Source: an uncultured Christensenella sp. (lineage in GTDB: Bacteria > Bacillota > Clostridia > Christensenellales > UBA1242). Taken from it: 64,000 nucleotides of DNA. Location: contig CAJUGX010000002.1 in NCBI GenBank assembly GCA_910586385.1, forward strand, positions 134,187 to 198,186. The letters run 5' to 3'. Below are positions 46,239 to 54,138 of the stretch, piece after piece; position 1 is the stretch's first letter; every line of letters begins with the position of its first letter. A model generated the notes under the pieces. The model was given only the letters and a program-made list of their open reading frames with translations, made no database searches and had not been told where the DNA came from. The position numbers and the translations under genes were made by a program.

Positions 46239-47161
46239 CACAGAACCTCCTCTAAAGCAGGCACGTCAGCACCAAAGTAGAATCTTTCAGTAAACACATC
46301 GTTGACTCCTTGCCAACCAGCAAATGTGTACACTTTATAATCTTCATCGTAAGAGATTGAAACAAAGTCGAAGTTTTCATCAACAACGACTGTCATCTCC
46401 ATTTTTTCCCATGCGGGCAAAATTGTTTTACTTCTTGCTTCTCCTGAAAGTTGCCCCCAACTTGTGTAAAAAATTTCATAAGAATAATGCACAGCAGCCG
46501 CTGTCAAATAGGTCCCACTGAGTTTGATTTTGAAAGTATAATTTCCATCACTTGTCTTTGACACCTTTGTCACAGCATCTTTTGGGCAAGTCTTTGAAGA
46601 GATTACATATGTGATGCTTGACAATGGTCCAGCATTAAACTTCTTTTCATACTCTTTGATTGTGTAAGACTCGGCACCCTTAGAGTTCCAGTCACACACT
46701 AACTTGCCGTTCTCAGGCTTGCCATTTGTGTGTCTATAAACATAATCCGATCCAACTGTGTATCTTACTCTTGTCTTAATGTCGGCAAGACCAGGACTGA
46801 TGTTGTCCCAAACAAACTCGCCATCTCGATAAGTCTTTGTGCTGTGCAAAGTCTGGGCACCAAGTGCATTATAAGCCTTTCCGTCGCTTGTCTTGTAAAA
46901 AGCGTCTTTTTGGTTGAAGTTGTATTCGGCAATTTGATAAAGTTCGATTGCGGAGAAAGAGTCTGGTTTAGAAGATTTAGACTTCTTAACCAACTTCAAA
47001 ACATCAGCATCACTGTCCCTAAGTTCTGCTTCTGTCATATTCATGACAACATTGGTAGGGATACTGTCAACATAAAGTTTCCCCACAGCGACTCCTGTCA
47101 CCAAAGCAACCATGAAAACTGCCAATGCACCAATGATTGTTCTAAACTTTTTAGGACTCAC
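46238..47161 (-). CDS. Membrane-anchored orphan protein (about 307 aa), translationally coupled to the giant gene
   Basis: GTG at 47161 lies 7 nt after GAGGAG (the track uses the TTG at 47194). The N-terminus KKFRTIIGALAVFMVALVTGVAVG is a TM anchor. The TGA stop (46240-46238) shares its A with the ATG of the downstream 1520-aa gene. Confidence 0.75.
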   Translation of the reverse strand: MSPKKFRTIIGALAVFMVALVTGVAVGKLYVDSIPTNVVMNMTEAELRDSDADVLKLVKKSKSSKPDSFSAIELYQIAEYNFNQKDAFYKTSDGKAYNALGAQTLHSTKTYRDGEFVWDNISPGLADIKTRVRYTVGSDYVYRHTNGKPENGKLVCDWNSKGAESYTIKEYEKKFNAGPLSSITYVISSKTCPKDAVTKVSKTSDGNYTFKIKLSGTYLTAAAVHYSYEIFYTSWGQLSGEARSKTILPAWEKMEMTVVVDENFDFVSISYDEDYKVYTFAGWQGVNDVFTERFYFGADVPALEEVL

Positions 47162-47233
47162 AATCGCTCTCCTCAAATCGACTTTTGTTTGCAACAGAGA
47201 GTGGACACTTCCACCCTAATATACTCTATAAAG

Positions 47234-47262
47234 AGTATAACACAAACCATCCAAAAGGTCAA
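47234..47262 (-). promoter_or_regulatory. Near-consensus promoter of the 307-aa/1520-aa operon
   Basis: Minus strand: TTGACC (47262-47257), 17-nt spacer, TATACT (47239-47234). Confidence 0.6.
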
Positions 47263-47340
47263 TAAAAAATAGTTAAAAGATTTTAATTATTTTATGCGAC
47301 AAATTTCGCACATAAAACCAAAAAGAAAAAAGACCAAAAT

Positions 47341-48603
47341 CTAGGCCTTTCTCTCTAAAACAGCGACCGTTTCCATGTTGACACAACAAGGAAACATATT
47401 GAAAATTTTCACACTTTTAACACAATAAAACTCACCCAAAATCTTCAAATCTCGCACCAAAGTTGCAAAGTTGCAAGACACATAAATCACCTGCTCAAGC
47501 CGCTCACCAACAATGCTTTCAATCACTTGTTTGTCGCATCCTTCTCTCGCTGGATCAAGCACAATCAAGTCAATTCTATCCTTGAGCAAAATGTTTTTCA
47601 AGCAGTCCTCAACTTTGCCACAAATGTTTTCAATTTTATATTCTCTGCAAAAGCTGCAAAGCCTTTCAGCACTCTCATGCGCAGAAATCTGATACTCCAC
47701 ACCATACACAAATTTTGCCTTTTGAGCAAGTCGATATGTGAGAAGTCCTTGCCCTGAATATGCATTGACAACCCTCTTTCCCGCACAAAAACCTTCAATA
47801 TAGTTGTACAATTTTTCAGCGACATCGTCATTGACTTGATTGAACGATGACACATCCACCGCCATCTGCAAATCACCAATTTGCCTTATCAATTTGCTGT
47901 TTCCATAGACGTTATAGATCTTTGTTGAGTTGCTTTCAAGCACATCTCCAAAGGCAAAAAACACCGAAAACCCCTCAAAAATGTCAAGTTTTTGTATGTT
48001 TTTCGCCAATTTTTCAGAATTTTTAGGGAAAAGAAAGCAAATTGCAAGCGTTTCTCCTACTTGCTTAAAATATACCGATCTCAAGCCAACAAGCCTGTTT
48101 TCAGCAATAAACTCCTTCACATCTGGCAAGATATCGTTCATAAGATCAGACGCAATTTCACATCTTTCAACCTCAAAAAGCTCTCTTGATTTTGGTTTGA
48201 AAAATCCAAGCTTCCCTTGCTCATATTCAAGCTTCAACTTGTTGCGATAACCGAAACGCCGCTCACTTTCTTCAAATTCTACCTCGCCTTGATAACCCGC
48301 TTTTGAGATTTCTTTTTTGATTATCTCAATCTTGATTGCGCGCTCTGATTCAACACCACAATGCTGAAAATCACAGCCACCACAGACCTCAAAATGTTTG
48401 CATTTAGGCTCTATTCTCTGCTCACTTGGACAGATTACTTCGTCAACATCTGCCAGCAAAAAACTGCTCAATCTTTTGGTGACTTTCACCCTTACTTTCT
48501 CATTCTTGAGCGTTTTAGGAACAAAGACAATCTGGTTGTTTATTCTGCCGACTCCCGCTCCTTCATAACTTATGTCATAAATATCAACTATATCTTCACT
48601 CAT
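47341..48603 (-). CDS. rlmCD: TrmA/RumA-family 23S rRNA (uracil-C5)-methyltransferase with TRAM domain
   Basis: TRAM-like YEGAGVGRINNQIVFVPKTLKNEKVRVKV, the Fe-S Cys cluster CKHFEVCGGCDFQHC, and the C-terminal SAM-MTase ending VLDPAREGC...VSCNFATL. ATG at 48603 is preferred because the track extension overlaps the tRNA-Leu promoter. Confidence 0.85.
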   Translation of the reverse strand: MSEDIVDIYDISYEGAGVGRINNQIVFVPKTLKNEKVRVKVTKRLSSFLLADVDEVICPSEQRIEPKCKHFEVCGGCDFQHCGVESERAIKIEIIKKEISKAGYQGEVEFEESERRFGYRNKLKLEYEQGKLGFFKPKSRELFEVERCEIASDLMNDILPDVKEFIAENRLVGLRSVYFKQVGETLAICFLFPKNSEKLAKNIQKLDIFEGFSVFFAFGDVLESNSTKIYNVYGNSKLIRQIGDLQMAVDVSSFNQVNDDVAEKLYNYIEGFCAGKRVVNAYSGQGLLTYRLAQKAKFVYGVEYQISAHESAERLCSFCREYKIENICGKVEDCLKNILLKDRIDLIVLDPAREGCDKQVIESIVGERLEQVIYVSCNFATLVRDLKILGEFYCVKSVKIFNMFPCCVNMETVAVLERKA

Positions 48604-48719
48604 AAAATATATTATATCACAAACTCCTCTTTGCTCAAAGGAAAAAAACCTTGCTTTTTCTCCTCGCCAATTCAAAAACATCATTTCTGTCCAGGTTTTA
48701 GATTGAAAAGAGCAAATTC

Positions 48720-48748
48720 TTGACAATTTCAACTCATATGTATATAAT
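48720..48748 (+). promoter_or_regulatory. Perfect consensus promoter of tRNA-Leu
   Basis: TTGACA (48720-48725), 17-nt spacer, TATAAT (48743-48748). The tRNA starts 13 nt downstream. Confidence 0.75.
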
Positions 48749-48760
48749 ATAATGGATTGA

Positions 48761-48846
48761 GCAGAGGTGGCGGAATGGCAGACGCGCAGGTTTCAGGTAC
48801 CTGTGGTGGCAACACTGTGTGGGTTCAACTCCCATCCTCTGCACCA
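48761..48846 (+). tRNA. tRNA-Leu (CAG)
   Basis: GCAGAGGTGGCGGAATGGCAGACGCGCAGGTTTCAGGTACCTGTGGTGGCAACACTGTGTGGGTTCAACTCCCATCCTCTGCACCA. It has a 7-bp acceptor stem, the long variable arm typical of Leu, an anticodon loop TTCAGGT and an encoded CCA. Confidence 0.9.
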
Positions 48847-49129
48847 AATATATGCAATAAAAAGTCTTTTTTAGAAAGGCGAAAGCATACTGTATGAAGT
48901 AGTGTTTGATTGATTTGGGTGCTGGATACAGATCGTAAGGAAAGGTAGACATAAAATTTTGAAAGGAATAAGAAATTGGTGTCTTTTCTGAATTGTGTGG
49001 AGATGCGGGGATTTTCATTTTTTGATAGAATAATCAAAATTTTAATAGAAATCAAAAATCAAAATTTGATTAAGCGACAATAGAAAATGAATTATCAGAG
49101 AATCAAAAAATTAAATTAAGGAGTGCGAT

Positions 49130-49677
49130 ATGAAAAATTATTTTATAGTTCATGGGAGTTTTGGGGATTCTAAAGAACATTGGTTGCCTTGGCTACAAAA
49201 ACAACTATATGATAACGGGGGGGGTATCAGGTATATAATTTAGATTATCCAGTCGGACTTAATGAACAAAGTTTTGAATCTTGGAGTAAAGTCCTTGATG
49301 GCTATAAAGATAAAATAAATAAAGATACAATATTTATAGGAAGAAGTATCGCTCCTATTTTTATTGTAAAATATTTACAAAAGAACAACCTAAAAATTAA
49401 TAAATTGGTTTCTATAAGTGGTTTTAATGGTTTTATTAATATCCCTGAATATGATGCTGTCAACAAAACATTTTTCTTGGATGAAATAAATAACTTCAAC
49501 AAGTTATGTAAACACAGAATCTGTTTTATTTCAAAAAATGATCCTTATGTTCCATTTTACTTACTTGATATGTTCACAAAAAATATTAAAGCAAAAGTAA
49601 TTATTAAAGAAACGGCAGGTCATTTTAATATTGATAGTGGCTATGATAAATTCCCTGATTTGTTAAAAATAATTTGA
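49130..49677 (+). pseudogene. YdeN/RBBP9-like serine hydrolase, frameshifted in a G8 tract
   Basis: ATG at 49130 follows AAGGAG: MKNYFIVHGSFGDSKEHWLPWLQKQLYDNGGG. The frame then ends at TAG 49241. With one extra G it continues YQVYNLDYPVGLNEQSFESW...IFIGRSIAPIF...AGHFN into the track ORF 49405-49677. Confidence 0.7.
49217..49224. repeat. G8 homopolymer tract
   Basis: Eight consecutive G at the frameshift point of the YdeN-like gene. Confidence 0.95.
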
Positions 49678-49772
49678 TTTTCGCGAAATCAAAAACGAAT
49701 CCTTAAGACATGCCTTGGCAGCGTCACTACCATTTGAGCATCGCTTTCGCCACCAACAAACTTTTATGAAAC

Positions 49773-49810
49773 AAAAAAACAGGTCAAATATTGACCTGTT
49801 TAATTTTGTT
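49773..49810. terminator. Bidirectional terminator between the YdeN-like gene and the 882-aa gene
   Basis: AAACAGGTCAA/TTGACCTGTTT 11-bp stem with a 3-nt loop, with an A-run upstream and T-rich sequence downstream. Confidence 0.8.
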
Positions 49811-52459
49811 TTACTTACCGCCCAAACCTTGAGTGGCAGTTCCAGTTTTTGAAGTCTCAGCAGGTTTTTCTGTTTTAGGGGCATTAACTGTATATCCAGG
49901 TTTGATAGTAGAAGCGTTTCCACCTTTAACAGCGTACACAGTTGCAAGATCACCATCAAACTTGTCGCTAGATGCTGTAACAACACTAGTTTTTTCTTCT
50001 TTCACATCTCCACCAGCAACAATAGTCAATGTTTCTGTCTCTGCTGTTGTTTTTCCTTTTTCAGTTCTTGCGTTCAATGCGACATAAGTGTCCGCATACT
50101 TAGACGCATCTTTGCCTGGGAAAACATTCTCAAACGCATCAGATGCACGGAAGAAAGGTTTGTTGTCAGCAACAAATACATAGTTTCCGTCAACACCATC
50201 AATGTTGAACTCGAATTCAACACGATGAACAACACTCTTGTCTTCAGATCTGAAGTAAGCAACACCACCTTTCACAGCAAGCACTTCAGCATTTTCTCCA
50301 GCAATTGCTTCAACAATTTCTTGTCCTTCATCAGTCATAAAGAATTCTCTTGCATCTGCAATTGCATTTGCTCCAATGTTCCCTTTTTCAAGTTGCATTT
50401 CGATGTGAGATACATATCCATCAACATATGCTTTTGTAAGAACTTCACCGTATTTCTTTATCATTGCTTCCTCAGATCCATCAGCATATGTCACAATAAC
50501 TTCCACTTGACCTCCTGAAGTCTTTACACTTTGTTTACCAGCGTCAAGAGCACTCTGAGCGGCAAGTTCTCCAGATTTTCCAAAGTAGCCAACAGCCCCT
50601 TCTTCGTTGTAAACATAGGTCTTTCCGTAGTCTTCAACATCTTTTTGTTCAAGAGTTCTTGCTTCAGTTCTGTATGTTTTACCATCATTATTCATCAATT
50701 CCACATTGTAAGTCAAACCATTTTGTTGAGTGTATGGTGCATATTCAGCATCAAGAAGAGTTCCAACCTTTGAATCCCAAGATCCATCAGCAAATTGTTG
50801 TCCAATAATAGCTCCAATGTCTTTTGCATTTTCTTCTGCGGCAAGCTTCCCATATGTGATTGCTTGATCTGTTTCATCTTGCAAGTTTGCCAAAGCAAGA
50901 GCCTTTGCATTTCTTTCTGCATCAGCGTTATATGTCTGAGCAGCAACATCAGTTGGAGTAGACTTATCCAATTCATTCCTTTTTGCGACAGCATCAGCAG
51001 TAACACCGATCATTGTTGCCGCAAGTGTAACAGCAACAATAGTAGTAACCCATTTTACAGCAACTTTTGTTTTTACTTGACCAATTGACATTTCTGTAGC
51101 AGTTCCGATACCATTTGTTGCACCAGGTCCATTCGAAATTTCATTCAACTTTGTTCTAACAAGACTAGTTCCTGTAATAGCAGGATCGGTAATAACCAAT
51201 CCTTTTTGTTGTCTTACAGCCCAATAATTCTTAACGGCTTTCCCAAGCCAAGTTTCACGATGAGGAACCGTTCTGACAATAACTTGACCTTCGTTGTTCG
51301 TAAGTGCGTAGTATCCTTCTGCACCAGTAACAGTGACACCAGAAACATCCTTTCCGTTTACAGATGCTGTGCCATCAGTTTTGTTCTCTGTGAATTCTGC
51401 AGTTCCGTAGTTACTTCTCTTAACAAGCGCCATAAGTTCGTCGTGTGATGACAATCCAATTGCTTGAAAATCTTCATAAGTCTTTCCAATCACTCTGTAA
51501 AGAGCTGCGTTTGAGGCATTTTCAGCATGCGAAGCAACAAGCAAACATCCGTCGACAGGAGTTTTTGTTTTTCCAACTTTCTCAAAATGTTTAACGTTAA
51601 TTCCGCCATAAATCAATTTTGAGACTGGTGCCGTCTCGCTAGCAATGCGAACAAGATCAGATCCCAAAGCAGTTTCAAATTGATTAAGTTCGTTTATAAC
51701 ACTATTTCCAGAAACAGCTGTTGAAGAAACTTCAATATCTCCTGAATCAAGTTTGATTGTTGCCTTCATTGCATCTGTTGTGTTTTCAATAATGCCATGA
51801 ACAAGTTCTGCACCAAGTGCGACGAGCCCAGCTTCATCCACAAGAGTTGATTCTCTTCCAACCTTTGAAGGCACATAATAAACCTGTGCAACATCCTTAT
51901 CATCTCTTACAACAACCAATGTTGCTTCGGTTGAATCAGCTTTTTTGACAGGAACGACAAACTTGATGTGTGATTGGTACTCATCTGCATAAGGATTTAT
52001 TGCAGGATTTCCACCATTTTTTGTATTTGCCAAATAAAGCAACTGCAATTCCTTTTTCTTTTCAGGTGTATCATATTCCTTGTCAAATCTTTCTTTTGCT
52101 TTTTCTACAATTGTTTGAACAGCAGCATCAAACTTGACATCAACACTGATGCCGTCTTTTTGATTCGTTTCAAAAGAAATGGCGTCTCCAACCATAGTAA
52201 CATCTGTCACCAAAAGTGGATTTGTACGACCTGGCTTAATAATGAAAGGAGCAATCCTCCCTGACAATTCATCCTTAACAAAAACAAGGCTATATCCTGA
52301 GAACTCGTATCTATCCCCTGCCCCTGTTGACTCATCATAAACAGGAACTTCCTTCAATGCCTTTACAAGGTTCTCAAGTTTCTTCACTCCAATCGCAGAA
52401 CCAACCCCATCAAATGTTTGCTCTACGCCACCAAACACAACCTTTAATCTCATTTCCAC
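49811..52459 (-). CDS. Orphan 882-aa protein with one central TM helix, probably highly expressed
   Basis: RBS AGGAGGTG, the perfect consensus promoter below and a strong terminator. There is no signal peptide. The central helix VAVKWVTTIVAVTLAATMIGV is encoded at about 50995-51070. The composition is G/A/V/T/K/E/D-rich and nearly Cys-free. Confidence 0.85.
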   Translation of the reverse strand: MEMRLKVVFGGVEQTFDGVGSAIGVKKLENLVKALKEVPVYDESTGAGDRYEFSGYSLVFVKDELSGRIAPFIIKPGRTNPLLVTDVTMVGDAISFETNQKDGISVDVKFDAAVQTIVEKAKERFDKEYDTPEKKKELQLLYLANTKNGGNPAINPYADEYQSHIKFVVPVKKADSTEATLVVVRDDKDVAQVYYVPSKVGRESTLVDEAGLVALGAELVHGIIENTTDAMKATIKLDSGDIEVSSTAVSGNSVINELNQFETALGSDLVRIASETAPVSKLIYGGINVKHFEKVGKTKTPVDGCLLVASHAENASNAALYRVIGKTYEDFQAIGLSSHDELMALVKRSNYGTAEFTENKTDGTASVNGKDVSGVTVTGAEGYYALTNNEGQVIVRTVPHRETWLGKAVKNYWAVRQQKGLVITDPAITGTSLVRTKLNEISNGPGATNGIGTATEMSIGQVKTKVAVKWVTTIVAVTLAATMIGVTADAVAKRNELDKSTPTDVAAQTYNADAERNAKALALANLQDETDQAITYGKLAAEENAKDIGAIIGQQFADGSWDSKVGTLLDAEYAPYTQQNGLTYNVELMNNDGKTYRTEARTLEQKDVEDYGKTYVYNEEGAVGYFGKSGELAAQSALDAGKQSVKTSGGQVEVIVTYADGSEEAMIKKYGEVLTKAYVDGYVSHIEMQLEKGNIGANAIADAREFFMTDEGQEIVEAIAGENAEVLAVKGGVAYFRSEDKSVVHRVEFEFNIDGVDGNYVFVADNKPFFRASDAFENVFPGKDASKYADTYVALNARTEKGKTTAETETLTIVAGGDVKEEKTSVVTASSDKFDGDLATVYAVKGGNASTIKPGYTVNAPKTEKPAETSKTGTATQGLGGK

Positions 52460-52484
52460 ACCTCCTGTGTTTTTTGTTGTGAAT

Positions 52485-52513
52485 ATTATACCGCATATTG
52501 CTCAAACTGTCAA
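52485..52513 (-). promoter_or_regulatory. Perfect consensus promoter of the 882-aa gene
   Basis: Minus strand: TTGACA (52513-52508), 17-nt spacer, TATAAT (52490-52485). Confidence 0.75.
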
Positions 52514-52573
52514 TACCCTTTTGGACAAAATTTTGCAATAAAAGCAGTTTTCAGACGAAAAAACGCACTTTTT

Positions 52574-53170
52574 CTAATCTGTGACACATTCCTCATCCAA
52601 ATAAGTTGCCATATAATCCGCCACATGAAACAAAAATGCTATAGGAAATTTCCCAAAAACATTTCTCAAAACAAATGGACTTTCCTTTGCTCTTGGGTCA
52701 AAAGCACCCATATGCCAGTTTATTGCCATTGCTTCTTCCCTCGTCAGTTTCATAAAGCCAGAAATCATATAGACAGATTTCTCACCATGTCCATATGGAA
52801 GAGGATCATCCGCCTTGTAGAAAGGCTTCTGCACCCATTGCCCATCTACTTTGACATTTCTTGCCTCAACAACATAGAAGTTTGTCTTGCAAATGTCATG
52901 CAAAAGTGCGATTATTGCAACACTTTCCGCAGAAACAATCTTCTCCCAATTTTCTCCAAACTCTTTTTTCACAAGGGAAAGAAATCTTTTGTAAACGTTG
53001 ACATGGTGCAAACAAAGCCCTCCAGCAAAGTTTGAATGAAACCTTGAGGATGCTGGCGCAGTGAAAAAGTCCGTCTTCTCGAGATAATTCAAAATCTCTT
53101 CAGCCCCGTCTCTTTCTATATTATCATAAAAAATCTCCAAGTATTCTTGTTTTATCTTTTCAACATCCAT
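52574..53170 (-). CDS. HD-domain phosphohydrolase
   Basis: APASSRFHSNFAGGLCLHHVNV...IIALLHDICK gives the H...HD metal-binding motif. ATG at 53170 follows GGAGAA. Confidence 0.7.
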   Translation of the reverse strand: MDVEKIKQEYLEIFYDNIERDGAEEILNYLEKTDFFTAPASSRFHSNFAGGLCLHHVNVYKRFLSLVKKEFGENWEKIVSAESVAIIALLHDICKTNFYVVEARNVKVDGQWVQKPFYKADDPLPYGHGEKSVYMISGFMKLTREEAMAINWHMGAFDPRAKESPFVLRNVFGKFPIAFLFHVADYMATYLDEECVTD

Positions 53171-53196
53171 TATATATTCTCCATTTCTCAATATGT

Positions 53197-54138
53197 TTAG
53201 CAGTATAATATCCCAAACACCAAATAATAAAGTGCATTTTCAACTTGCATTTGTCCATTTTTGATATAAAAATCGACATCATTCAACATTTCATAAATGT
53301 TTTTGAGTTGAAGTTTTGAGAAGTTTTTTGACAATCTCCTTGAAACCACAACCGCATATTCTTTCACGCCCAGCAAATCCGCCAACTCTTTGTCTGTGCC
53401 GTCAGAAACCGCAACAAAGAAAAGCCTTCTGAAATGATTGAGCACAAGCGAGAAAGTTTTTGTATCTTTCGGCATCAGATTGAGAAGTGAAATTGCCTTG
53501 TCAGCGTCTCTTTTTGAGAGAGCATCCGTAAGTTCAAACACCGTAAACTCTGTCTGCTTGCACACCAGACTTTCAATTGTCTTGACCGTGATTTCAATTT
53601 CTTCGCAAGAGCACAACTTTTCAAGCTCATTTTTTATCAAAGAATAATAGTTGCAGCACGCTTCAATAAGGCGCTGATTTGCTTCAGCCGTGATCGTTTT
53701 CCCGCTTGTCCTAAGTTCGCTGACCACAATATCTTTCAGACTTTGATCATCCAATCTCTTTGCACTGACCTTTTCACTTATCAAAAAATCAAATTTGTTG
53801 AAAAAGTCAAAGATGACAAGACAGGTGCTTTCAACTGGGTTTTTCAAGTATTCTCTCAATTTTTTCTTGAAAGTTTCATTTGGATTTGTGATATTTTTGA
53901 GCAAAACAATTTTTTTGTCACTTCCCATAGGCAAAGTTTCACATGTGTCAATCACCAAATCCCCGTTGAAACTGTCATCATCAAAAATGTTGAAATTGAA
54001 ATCCTCCAACTGCAAATTTGACGCCTTTTTGATCATTTCGAGCGCTTTATCGTACAAAAGGATATCTTCTCCTTGCACCAAATAACATGCTTCTATCTTT
54101 TTATTTAATCTCGATTTTAATGTTTTCAATCCAAACAC
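53197..54138 (-). CDS. holA: DNA polymerase III subunit delta
   Basis: 313 aa. YLVQGEDILLYDKALEMIKK..., the size, and the position directly downstream of comEC (conserved comEC-holA arrangement). The GTG start overlaps the comEC stop. Confidence 0.72.
   Translation of the reverse strand: MFGLKTLKSRLNKKIEACYLVQGEDILLYDKALEMIKKASNLQLEDFNFNIFDDDSFNGDLVIDTCETLPMGSDKKIVLLKNITNPNETFKKKLREYLKNPVESTCLVIFDFFNKFDFLISEKVSAKRLDDQSLKDIVVSELRTSGKTITAEANQRLIEACCNYYSLIKNELEKLCSCEEIEITVKTIESLVCKQTEFTVFELTDALSKRDADKAISLLNLMPKDTKTFSLVLNHFRRLFFVAVSDGTDKELADLLGVKEYAVVVSRRLSKNFSKLQLKNIYEMLNDVDFYIKNGQMQVENALYYLVFGILYC

Noticed and set aside
48734-49055. Two minus-strand ORFs (94 and 76 aa) overlapping tRNA-Leu
   Set aside because: They run antisense through a well-formed tRNA gene and its consensus promoter. 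They have no RBS, and the products look like translated non-coding sequence.
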